From NCBI GenBank assembly GCA_944392665.1, contig CALXXJ010000005.1, positions 1,967 to 65,966 of the forward strand: a stretch of 64,000 nucleotides of DNA, given 5' to 3'. Every line of letters starts with the position of its first letter. Position 1 is the first letter of the stretch. The stretch is from an uncultured Clostridia bacterium (lineage in GTDB: Bacteria > Bacillota > Clostridia > TANB77 > CAG-508). The translations under genes and the position numbers were made by a program. This document shows, piece by piece, positions 46,366 to 55,396 of this stretch. The notes beneath the pieces are model-generated. The model searched no databases and had not been told where the DNA came from. It saw only the letters and a list, made by a program, of their open reading frames with translations.

Positions 46366-47781
46366 CTAAAAATTAAAATATATAAATGGATTATATGTTC
46401 CTTTTATAATGTAGCTTAGACATACATAAAAAATTAAAATTGTAGCCACTCCATAAATGACTTTGAATCCCTTTTTATCTCTATATTTTTGTAATACTTT
46501 TCCTAGAGGAATACTAAATAAAATTCCTAATAACATATAAATTCCATATTCTCTTAAATATAGAATTGCTTCTGAATTTATAAAGACATTTCCCATAAAT
46601 CCGAATAAGCTTTTTATATATTGTATCGCATAACCTAGATTATCACTTCTAAATAATACCCATCCTATCATAACAAAGAACATTGTGTAAATGTGTTGAC
46701 ATATGATAAGTACCTTATTTTTCGTTTGCTTTTTATCTATCTTGGTTAGTTTTTCAATTGTTAACAATACAAAATAAAAAATTCCCCATGCAATAAAAGT
46801 CCAATTGGCACCATGCCACAATCCTGTTAAAGACCAGACAATGAATAAGTTTAATATTAGCCTTTTTTTACCGACTCTACTTCCTCCTAGTGGGATATAC
46901 ACATAGTCTCTAAACCATGTTCCTAATGATATATGCCATCTTCTCCAGAACTCTGTGATGGTTTTTGAAATATAAGGAAAATTAAAGTTTTCCTCTAATT
47001 CAAATCCAAACATTTTGGCAAGTCCTATTGCCATATCTGAATATCCACTAAAATCAAAATAAATTTGTAATGTATAGCTAATAATTCCTAACCATGCCAA
47101 AAGAACAGATAATTCAGATGGTATCATTCCAAATGTATAATCTGCTACAATTGCCAAGGAATTAGATAATAAAACCTTTTTTGCTAATCCTTTTATAAAT
47201 CGTTGAACACCTTGTGAAAATTTTTCAAATGTTTCTGTTCTTTCTTCTATCTGTTCTGCTATTGTTTTATATCTCACAATTGGTCCAGCAATTAATTGTG
47301 GGAAGAATGCAATATATAATCCCATATTTAATGGATTTTTTTGTGCTTCTGCATCCTTTTTATAAATATCTAGCACATAAGATATTGCTTGGAATGTGAA
47401 AAATGAAATTCCAATTGGTAAAACAATATTAGGGACAACAAAATTCGTATGAAAAAAGGCGTTTGTATTACTAATAATAAAATTCAAATATTTGAAAACA
47501 CCTAATATAGATAAATTAAAAATAAACATAAGAACAATAACAATTCTTACTTTTATCTTATTCTCTCTGTACTTATCTACTAACCCTCCAAAAAACCAGT
47601 TGGCTATGATAGATAATAGCATAATTAATACAAAATAGGGCTCTCCCCAGGCATAAAATAATATGCTTACTAAAAACAAAAACACATTTTTTAATGTCTT
47701 GGTTTTTCTTAGTAAACCATAATATATTGCTATCACTATTGGTAAAAAGATGATAATAAATGTTGTTGTTGAAAATAGCAT
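46366..47781 (-). CDS. MBOAT-family membrane O-acyltransferase (AlgI/DltB-like)
   Basis: 471 aa, polytopic. FWRRWHISLGTWFRDYVYIPLGGSR catalytic-His region. Confidence 0.88.
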   Translation of the reverse strand: MLFSTTTFIIIFLPIVIAIYYGLLRKTKTLKNVFLFLVSILFYAWGEPYFVLIMLLSIIANWFFGGLVDKYRENKIKVRIVIVLMFIFNLSILGVFKYLNFIISNTNAFFHTNFVVPNIVLPIGISFFTFQAISYVLDIYKKDAEAQKNPLNMGLYIAFFPQLIAGPIVRYKTIAEQIEERTETFEKFSQGVQRFIKGLAKKVLLSNSLAIVADYTFGMIPSELSVLLAWLGIISYTLQIYFDFSGYSDMAIGLAKMFGFELEENFNFPYISKTITEFWRRWHISLGTWFRDYVYIPLGGSRVGKKRLILNLFIVWSLTGLWHGANWTFIAWGIFYFVLLTIEKLTKIDKKQTKNKVLIICQHIYTMFFVMIGWVLFRSDNLGYAIQYIKSLFGFMGNVFINSEAILYLREYGIYMLLGILFSIPLGKVLQKYRDKKGFKVIYGVATILIFYVCLSYIIKGTYNPFIYFNF

Positions 47782-47802
47782 TTCTGTTTCTCCTATTCAT
47801 GG

Positions 47803-48861
47803 TTATTTTTTTAACAAATCTTCTAAATCATTAAATTGGTTTTCTGCTTCTTTGATTACTTTTTTTAACTTATAATTACTTGCTTTTTTAAAATAATATT
47901 TTCTTAATACCGTTTCATAATTCATATCTCTAATAGGTTGATATCTACTAAAAAATTTTGACTCCTCAATAACGGTTTCTTGCTTTTTACTATATGTTAA
48001 ATTATAAATTTTTTGTCCATATAACATAGATAATATCATAGAATGAAATCTTCCACATACCATATATTCCATTTTGGCATATTTTTTTAGATATTCTTCT
48101 ATGTTTTCTTTAAAAATTTCCACATGAACATTGTTTTTGTATTCATCTGGTACTGTTGAAAGTATTGTTTGGATTGCTTCACTATCTTTTTCAAATTCTG
48201 AAAATCCAAATAATGTCACTTGATAATTTCTTTTTGCAAATTTGATAATAATTCTCTTGATGAAGTCATTATAAGCACCTTCTTTTTCTTTTAAGTCTTC
48301 TCTAATGGCTAAACTAATAACAGAAATTCCTATTGTATTTTTTTCTTTTTCTATGTTTTCTACTGGTAATGTAAAAGCCATATCTGGTGCTTGTCTTACT
48401 TGTGGAATTTCTTTAAACAAGTTATATGATTTCTTATCACGAAAACAAATCCCTCCACAAAGTGAATATGTTTCTTTTGCTAAATTGAAATATTCTTCTG
48501 TTTGATATGGTCCAAAATTGCAAGACATATAAAAGAATTTTTTATTTTTTTCATTACATCTTTTCACAAATTTATTTACTTCTTTTAATTCATGTCTTGC
48601 ATATTCTGATTCCATAAAGATAGAGCCGCCTACATAAAGGTAGGCGTCAAAATCTTCTACATGAATTTTATCAAAATCTCTATCTTCATAAAGATAATGT
48701 AAATTTTCAAAATTTTGATATACTTTTTCATATTCTTTTTCTACAACATGTATATAAAAATCAATATTCGGATATCTTTTTAATAATAAATAGATAAATA
48801 AATTATCTCCTAAATTTACTTTTGTATATGCAAATAGTAAAATTTTAGTCTTATTTTCCAT
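47803..48861 (-). CDS. Polysaccharide pyruvyl transferase family protein
   Basis: GDNLF...GGSIF...CGRFHS pattern of PS_pyruv_trans (CsaB/WcaK-like). ATG 48861 follows AAAGGGGA. Confidence 0.75.
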   Translation of the reverse strand: MENKTKILLFAYTKVNLGDNLFIYLLLKRYPNIDFYIHVVEKEYEKVYQNFENLHYLYEDRDFDKIHVEDFDAYLYVGGSIFMESEYARHELKEVNKFVKRCNEKNKKFFYMSCNFGPYQTEEYFNLAKETYSLCGGICFRDKKSYNLFKEIPQVRQAPDMAFTLPVENIEKEKNTIGISVISLAIREDLKEKEGAYNDFIKRIIIKFAKRNYQVTLFGFSEFEKDSEAIQTILSTVPDEYKNNVHVEIFKENIEEYLKKYAKMEYMVCGRFHSMILSMLYGQKIYNLTYSKKQETVIEESKFFSRYQPIRDMNYETVLRKYYFKKASNYKLKKVIKEAENQFNDLEDLLKK

Positions 48862-48879
48862 AAACAATCCCCTTTTCTA

Positions 48880-51414
48880 TTATTGAATCGTTACTTTTAT
48901 TTTTTTCTCAAACATCCCATCTAATGTTCTCACAACAATATAGGTTGTCCCCTTTTTTAATCCTCTAAATCGATTATTGTATACTCTTATGATTTCTGGA
49001 TTTTCTGCATACCATTCCAATTGTGTATTTTCACTATTTTGTGGTGTGCATGTATATGTTAAATCTACCGCTTCATCTACACTTGCTACATATTCTTCTT
49101 TATCTGTTATAATATCTTCCACATAAACTTTTCCTGGTTTTTGCACTTTTACTTTAATTCTTTTTTCTAAGCTTCCATCTCTTGTTCTTACAATCACTTC
49201 AGCTACCCCTTCTTTTAATCCTCTAAATCGATTGTTGTATACTCTTAAAATTTCTGGATTACTTGATATCCAATCAAATTCTGCATTTGTTGCATATTCT
49301 GGTGTATAGCTAAAAGGAATATCGACTGCTTCATTTTCATCAACAGTATATTCTGTTTGGTCTAATATAATATCTTGTACGTTTACTTGACTGCCTTTGA
49401 TTGTTACTTTTATTTTTTTTACATATAGTCCATCTAATGTTTTTACAACTATATTGGTTGTTCCTTCTTTTAATCCTCTGAATCGATTATTGTATACACG
49501 TATGATTTCTTGGTCTTCTGCATACCATTCAAATTGTGCATTTTCACTATTGGTTGGTGCATAATCATATGTAAGGTCGATTGCTTGACCAACATAAGCT
49601 GTATATTCTTCTTGATCTGTCGTTACACTTTCTACATAAGTTTTTCCTGGTTTTACAACTCTTACTTGAATTCTCTTTTCAACCATTGGACCTGTACGTG
49701 TTCTGATAATTACCTCTGCTGTTCCTTCTTTTAATCCTCTAAATCGATTGTTATATACTCTCAAAATATCTGGATTTGATGAAATCCAATCTAATTCTCC
49801 ATTTGTTGCAAATTCTGGTGTAACTTTGAATGGAATGTCAACTGCTTCATCTTCATTTATTGTATATTCTGTTTTATCTAGAATAATATCTTGTACTATT
49901 CCTGGATCTTTAATAGTTACTTTTATTCTTTTTTCAACAACTGGGCCTATACGTGTTCTGATAATCACTTCTGCTGTTCCAGCTTGTAATCCTCTAAATC
50001 GATTATTATATACTCTCAAAATATCTGGATTTGATGAAATCCAATCCAATTCTGCGTTTGTTGCATTTTCTGGTGTAATTTCAAATGGAATATCTATTGC
50101 TTCATTTATATTGATTTGATATTCAGTTTTTTCTAAATTAATATCTTCTAAATAGATTTTTGAAGGATCTTTTACATATACTTCACAACTTACTTGTTTT
50201 CCACCTGCAATAGATGTTGCTGTTATGATTGATTTTCCTTCTTTCAATCCTCTAAAATGTCCATTCCATATACGTACAACTTCTGGATCTGAAGATTCCC
50301 ATACCAGTGTTTGATTTGTTGCATTACTTGGATTAAAGCTAACAATAATATCTCCAGTTTCATCTATATTAACTGTTTGTGATGTTTTATCTACTGTAAT
50401 ATCTGTTACAGGAACTGCTGGTTTAGTTACTCTAACTTTACATTTTGCAATTCTTTGGTTGTTCCAACTAATTGCTGTAATAGTAGCCTCTCCTTCTTTT
50501 AGTCCTCTTAAATGTCCATTCCATACACGTACAACATCTGGATTAGATGAATACCAGTCTGCTCCTTGCATATAGGCATTTGTTGGCGTAATAATAGTAT
50601 TTAATTGTGCTGTTGGTTCTGGATTTGTACTACTAATTTCTAGCTCCAATTCTGTTTTATCTAGTCTCATTTGTCTGACAGGTTCTCTTCCTTGTCCTTT
50701 TAATTGTAGATTATATGCCTCAACAATTCCTTGTGCATCTGCCACACCTAAATTCTTTAATTTTTCATCAGAATTAAGGAACTGTTGACAATCCGCATCA
50801 CTACTAATATAACAATGTTCTACTAATAAAGAACGAATTCCATAATTCATTGGATATCGAATAATACCGTAATAATCTTTTACCACTCCGCTTGGATACC
50901 ATTCATTTGGTTTTCCAGAACGTGTAGAAACACCATGGTCTTGTAATCCTAATCTTGCAAGTCTATATAGTATTTTTTCTCCTACTATTTTGCTTCCTTC
51001 ATAATATTCTACTTGCGAATTATCTTGTGTTACCCAAATTTCCGCACCTCTAGCAGATTGTGATGTACTTGAATTAATATGAATACTAACTACTAAATCT
51101 GCATTGTAATTTTTAGCAAACTCTCCTCTATCATATATGCTTGGATTGTCTGCATATCTTGTTAAATAAACTTTTACACCTTCATATTTTTCTAATTCTT
51201 CTTTTGCATAAATCGCTATTTTATAATTAATCTCTGATTCTCTTAATCCAAATCTACTATTAGCAGCTCCTGGATCTGAGCCACCATGGCCCGGATCCAG
51301 TACAACAACAAAATTTCCTTCTTCATCTGCTGCATTAACTACCGTTTGTAAAATCCCAATAAATGCGAAAGTCATAATCATTATCATAATGATTTGAAAA
51401 ACTCTTTTCACCAT
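48880..51414 (-). CDS. Secreted N-acetylmuramoyl-L-alanine amidase (Amidase_3) with seven Big_2-like repeats
   Basis: Signal peptide. VVLDPGHGGSDPGA...VSIHINS...GAEIW...LLVEHCYIS. Then 7 repeats of ~85 aa with W.SS.P...RV(W/Y)N..(F/L)RGLK.G core. ATG 51414 behind AGGGGG. Confidence 0.9.
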   Translation of the reverse strand: MVKRVFQIIMIMIMTFAFIGILQTVVNAADEEGNFVVVLDPGHGGSDPGAANSRFGLRESEINYKIAIYAKEELEKYEGVKVYLTRYADNPSIYDRGEFAKNYNADLVVSIHINSSTSQSARGAEIWVTQDNSQVEYYEGSKIVGEKILYRLARLGLQDHGVSTRSGKPNEWYPSGVVKDYYGIIRYPMNYGIRSLLVEHCYISSDADCQQFLNSDEKLKNLGVADAQGIVEAYNLQLKGQGREPVRQMRLDKTELELEISSTNPEPTAQLNTIITPTNAYMQGADWYSSNPDVVRVWNGHLRGLKEGEATITAISWNNQRIAKCKVRVTKPAVPVTDITVDKTSQTVNIDETGDIIVSFNPSNATNQTLVWESSDPEVVRIWNGHFRGLKEGKSIITATSIAGGKQVSCEVYVKDPSKIYLEDINLEKTEYQININEAIDIPFEITPENATNAELDWISSNPDILRVYNNRFRGLQAGTAEVIIRTRIGPVVEKRIKVTIKDPGIVQDIILDKTEYTINEDEAVDIPFKVTPEFATNGELDWISSNPDILRVYNNRFRGLKEGTAEVIIRTRTGPMVEKRIQVRVVKPGKTYVESVTTDQEEYTAYVGQAIDLTYDYAPTNSENAQFEWYAEDQEIIRVYNNRFRGLKEGTTNIVVKTLDGLYVKKIKVTIKGSQVNVQDIILDQTEYTVDENEAVDIPFSYTPEYATNAEFDWISSNPEILRVYNNRFRGLKEGVAEVIVRTRDGSLEKRIKVKVQKPGKVYVEDIITDKEEYVASVDEAVDLTYTCTPQNSENTQLEWYAENPEIIRVYNNRFRGLKKGTTYIVVRTLDGMFEKKIKVTIQ
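48883..50667 (-). repeat. Seven tandem coding repeats (~255 bp) encoding Big_2-like modules
   Basis: For example, 49736-49800 and 49991-50055 differ at only 2 positions over ~65 bp. CCTCTAAATCGATT(G/A)TTATATACTCT recurs throughout. Confidence 0.85.
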
Positions 51415-51424
51415 ATTTTCCCCC

Positions 51425-54259
51425 TTATTCAACAGTTACTTTAATCCTTCTTTCAATACTTTGATCTAGTGTTCTAACCACTACTTCTGCAGTACCTTTC
51501 TTTAATCCTCTAAATCGATTGTTATATACTCTTACAATTTCTGGATCAGTTGAAAACCATTCAAATTGTGCATTTGTTGCATATTGTGGTGTCCAACTAA
51601 AATCATTGATATCGACTGCTTCATCTTCCTTAACAGTATATTCTGTTTGTCCTAATATGATTTCTTGTACTAACCCTGATGGTTTTACATTTACTGTAAT
51701 TCTTTCTTCATATGTACCATCCAAAGTTCTTACGACAACCTCTGCCGTACCTTCTTTTAATCCTCTAAATCGATTATTATATACTCTTAACACTTCTGGA
51801 TTTGTTGAATACCATTCAAACTCCGCATTTACTGCATTGGTTGGATTGTATGTAAATGGTATATCCACTGCTTGCGTTTCGTAAATTGTATATTCCATTT
51901 GTGGTAATTGTATATCTGTTACATATGTTTTATTAGGATCTCTTACAACTACTTTTATTCTTTCTTCTAAACTTCCATCTCTTGTTCTTACAATGACTTC
52001 TGCTGTTCCTTCTTTCAATGCTCTAAATCGATTGTTATATACTCTTAACACTTCTGAATCTGATGAAATCCAATCGAATTCCGCATTAGATGCATACTCT
52101 GGTGTCCAACTAAATGGGATATCTACTGCTTCATCTATATTCACAATATAAGATGTTTTATCTAATACAATATCTTCTACTGTTGCTTTACTATAATCTA
52201 CTACATTTACTTTTATCCTCTTTTCTATAGTTGGTCCAAAACGTGTTCTAACAATGATTTCTGCAGTACCTTCTTTTAATCCTCTAAAATAATTGTTATA
52301 CACTCTCACTGTTTCTGGATCACTTGATATCCAGTCAAATTCATAATTGCAAGCATTTTCAGGAGAATATGTAAATGGTATGTATAATGCTTCATTAATA
52401 TCTACAGTATATTCTGTTTGCTCAAATTGTATATCTTCTACATATGGTTTTTCAACTGTTACATTACTACTTGTTGCTACCGTTCCATCTAATGTTTTTA
52501 CTACAATTTGTGCAGTACCTTCTTTTAATCCTCTAAATCTATTGTTATATACTCTTAAAACCTCTGGATTTGTTGAATACCATTCAAATTCTGCATTTAC
52601 ACTATCTGCTGGTGTAAATGAGAAGTTTACATCCACTGCTTCATCTTCTTTTACAACATATTGTGAACTCTCAATCCATATATTTTCTACATAGTTTTTA
52701 TTCGGGTCACGTACAATAACTTTTATTCTTTTCTCTACAGTTGGTCCAAAACGTGTTCTAACAATCACTTCTGCTGTACCTTCTTTTAATCCTCTAAATC
52801 TATTATTATATACTCTTAACACTTCTGAATCTGATGAAATCCAATCAAATTCATAGTTAACACTATCTTCTGGAGTATATGTAAATGGTATATCTATTGC
52901 TTCATCAATTTGTATAATATACTCATCTTGTTCAAATTGAATATCACTTACATATTGCTTGTTCGGATCTAGAACTGTTACTGTGCAAGTTGCTGTATAT
53001 CCACCATCAATTGTTTTTGCTGTTAATACTGATGTACCTTCTTTTAAACCTCTAAAATGTCCATTCCAAACTCTTACAACTTCAGGGTCTGATGATGTCC
53101 ATTCCACACTTTGCTCAGTTGCATTAGATGGTGTTATGATTGGAATAGCATCTCCTGTTTCATCTATGTTGACAACAAAACTATCTTGTTGCATTGTTAT
53201 TCCTTGAACTGGTACGTCTTGTGGCATTGGATTAGATGCTGGCATGTTATCATATACTGGTATGATAAATGTTATTTCACTTTGCAAACTATTGCTATAT
53301 AACTCATAATTTGAATATGATTGTGATGTTGGATCTTGGATATTTGTCATATATTGATGCCAAAACATATCTGACTTATTAACTGTTTGAGATTCTCCAT
53401 CTCTTAATATTTTTGTTCCTACAACATCCCATTTATTAAAGTATGCTGTGTTTTGTCCAGCTTCAATATAATTTTTGCCAATTAAACTTGCTCCGTCCAC
53501 AATCGCTTTATATGGACTGTCCCATCCTTTATCTTTTGCATATAGTAAACCATTTGCAATTGGGTCTCCTGTGTCATATGCTCCAAAATTGTAGAAATTA
53601 TAATATCCTTCATATCCTGGATATGTTCCAGAAACAGAGCCACTTCCTTGACTTCCTACTTCTTGAATAATTTTACTTTTAATATAAAAAGCACTAACAT
53701 TAGACTCTTGTGCAGCTTTTATTATCATTTCTGAATAAGACATTGTTACTGGATTATTATTTAAGTCATTACATGTAATGATTTTATCTAAAAATGTTCC
53801 TTTTACAGATTCTTGAATGGCAGATAATGTTTGCTCATCTGCATTGTAAGAACTTTCTACAAATTGAAATATTTGTGTTTCATTTAAGAAATTTCTAGGA
53901 TCTAAATAATATGCTACAATTGCATCAGAGGCACACGCATATCCATCATATACATATCCACAACTGTTTTTCCAAGATTTTGGTGCATTATTTGTTACAC
54001 GATTTCTATGCACATTTTCATCTCTTTCATTTTGTATTAATTCGTCCCATGAAATTCCTGTGTAATATGCTTGAAATTTCCAATTTGGATATTTACTTGC
54101 TAATTGTTGCAATCTTTCTTGATAAGATGCTGGAAATTGGTCAATTCCTGTTTTTACATATTGATAATATGTATCAGCAGCTTTCGACACTTGCCCAAAA
54201 CTTAATATGATTAAAATACATACAATACTTATGAATACGATATTTTTTACTATTTTCAT
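51425..54259 (-). CDS. Secreted GH73-like N-acetylglucosaminidase-type peptidoglycan hydrolase with seven Big_2-like repeats
   Basis: Signal peptide from ATG 54259 (the track start at 54337 is TTG). N-terminal ~340-aa domain resembling clostridial glucosaminidases (…AFYIKSKIIQEVGSQGS…YNFYNFGAYD…). Seven repeats of the same type as in the amidase. Confidence 0.8.
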   Translation of the reverse strand: MKIVKNIVFISIVCILIILSFGQVSKAADTYYQYVKTGIDQFPASYQERLQQLASKYPNWKFQAYYTGISWDELIQNERDENVHRNRVTNNAPKSWKNSCGYVYDGYACASDAIVAYYLDPRNFLNETQIFQFVESSYNADEQTLSAIQESVKGTFLDKIITCNDLNNNPVTMSYSEMIIKAAQESNVSAFYIKSKIIQEVGSQGSGSVSGTYPGYEGYYNFYNFGAYDTGDPIANGLLYAKDKGWDSPYKAIVDGASLIGKNYIEAGQNTAYFNKWDVVGTKILRDGESQTVNKSDMFWHQYMTNIQDPTSQSYSNYELYSNSLQSEITFIIPVYDNMPASNPMPQDVPVQGITMQQDSFVVNIDETGDAIPIITPSNATEQSVEWTSSDPEVVRVWNGHFRGLKEGTSVLTAKTIDGGYTATCTVTVLDPNKQYVSDIQFEQDEYIIQIDEAIDIPFTYTPEDSVNYEFDWISSDSEVLRVYNNRFRGLKEGTAEVIVRTRFGPTVEKRIKVIVRDPNKNYVENIWIESSQYVVKEDEAVDVNFSFTPADSVNAEFEWYSTNPEVLRVYNNRFRGLKEGTAQIVVKTLDGTVATSSNVTVEKPYVEDIQFEQTEYTVDINEALYIPFTYSPENACNYEFDWISSDPETVRVYNNYFRGLKEGTAEIIVRTRFGPTIEKRIKVNVVDYSKATVEDIVLDKTSYIVNIDEAVDIPFSWTPEYASNAEFDWISSDSEVLRVYNNRFRALKEGTAEVIVRTRDGSLEERIKVVVRDPNKTYVTDIQLPQMEYTIYETQAVDIPFTYNPTNAVNAEFEWYSTNPEVLRVYNNRFRGLKEGTAEVVVRTLDGTYEERITVNVKPSGLVQEIILGQTEYTVKEDEAVDINDFSWTPQYATNAQFEWFSTDPEIVRVYNNRFRGLKKGTAEVVVRTLDQSIERRIKVTVE
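51428..53215 (-). repeat. Seven tandem coding repeats encoding Big_2-like modules
   Basis: Same repeat family as 48883-50667. Two subtypes alternate (…AEVIVRTR.GP…EKRIKV vs …VV(K/R)TLDG…). Confidence 0.85.
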
Positions 54260-54338
54260 TTTTTTATTCCTTTCTAAAGATAAATATTTATCCTCTTTTA
54301 TCTTCTTAAGTATATCATTTATACTTTTTTTTGACAAT

Positions 54339-55151
54339 TTATTTTTCTTCTTTTTTCTTTCCTTTTTTTGCTATTACTACTAACACAATAATCACTACTA
54401 AAATAAGGAATGCAATTCCTCCCCAAATGATATATTGTTGATTATTTTGCTTTTGTTCTTCTTGTTTTGCTTGTTCTAAATCTTCTTCATATTCTTCTAA
54501 TCCACTTGGGTCTTCAACACTTTCTCCTGCTTTTTTCGCTGTTAATTTATATTCTTTTGTTGTAACCCCATCTTCAGCAGTCACTTTTACTGTAACAATA
54601 TGAAGTGTACTACTAAAATTATTATTATCTAATATTTCTACTTTTGCATTTTCATTTTCAGGAGTTGCTACAATATCTAAATTTTCTATATATCCTTCAT
54701 ATTCCACAAGATAATTAATATCTTTATCGTTAAATGCTGGATTCAATTGTATTCCCTTTACTTCTAAACTTTTTAAATTTGCATTTGCTTTTTCTTGATT
54801 TCCTTTTGTGATATGTAAATAATAAGAATTTGTAGTTGTTCCATCCTCTGCCGTTACTTTGATTTCGAAATCATTTACCCCTGTTTTTAAATTTGTATCA
54901 CCTATAATTTCTGCTGTTGCATTTGGATCATCTGTTATTGCCTCTATTTCTATTTTGTCTTTATCTTCACCAATTGCTATAACGTAATCTGTAATAAACT
55001 GGTCAAATTGTGGTTCAATAGCTTGTCCATCAATTTTTATATCTCTCAATAGTGGATTGTTGTTCTTCATTACTGCCTGTACCTTTGCTATTGGTAATAA
55101 ATTGATTATGATTGCCAATATAAATATAAAGCTTAAAATATTTTTTTTCAT
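54339..55151 (-). CDS. Type I membrane protein with two cadherin-like beta-sandwich domains
   Basis: 270 aa. Signal peptide, two ~90-aa repeats (L..I.I/V.G..L.P.F...I..Y.V...........I.A...D..A...I) and a C-terminal TM plus KKGKKKEEK tail. First gene of the hydrolase operon. Confidence 0.7.
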   Translation of the reverse strand: MKKNILSFIFILAIIINLLPIAKVQAVMKNNNPLLRDIKIDGQAIEPQFDQFITDYVIAIGEDKDKIEIEAITDDPNATAEIIGDTNLKTGVNDFEIKVTAEDGTTTNSYYLHITKGNQEKANANLKSLEVKGIQLNPAFNDKDINYLVEYEGYIENLDIVATPENENAKVEILDNNNFSSTLHIVTVKVTAEDGVTTKEYKLTAKKAGESVEDPSGLEEYEEDLEQAKQEEQKQNNQQYIIWGGIAFLILVVIIVLVVIAKKGKKKEEK

Positions 55152-55181
55152 TTGAATGATTCCTCCTTTTTCCTTTTGTAT

Positions 55182-55210
55182 AGTTTACATTTGTAATCTT
55201 ATTTTGTCAA
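55182..55210 (-). promoter_or_regulatory. Putative promoter of the cadherin-like/hydrolase operon
   Basis: Minus strand TTGACA (55210-55205) - 17 nt - TAAACT (55187-55182). Confidence 0.45.
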
Positions 55211-55342
55211 TAGTTTTCATTTTTCTTTTTTATGATTTTATACTAAATTTCTATTTATATAAACATATATATACATATAATTTTACTATTATATTAAAAT
55301 ATGATTAAGCTGAACAGCAGCATTTTTTTAATTTCTCCTATT

Positions 55343-55386
55343 CAACAAAAAAAGAGATGGAACATTTTTTACATATTCCACCTCTT
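55343..55386 (-). terminator. Rho-independent terminator of guaB
   Basis: AAGAGGTGGAA/TTCCATCTCTT stem (one G-U pair) followed by TTTTTTTG on the minus strand. Confidence 0.8.
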
Positions 55387-55396
55387 TTTATATATC

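Noticed and set aside
48883-53215. Regularly spaced repeats that might look like a CRISPR array or satellite.
   Set aside because: They are in frame within two long ORFs and encode Ig-like (Big_2-type) protein modules. The period is ~255 bp with variable 'spacers' that are also coding.
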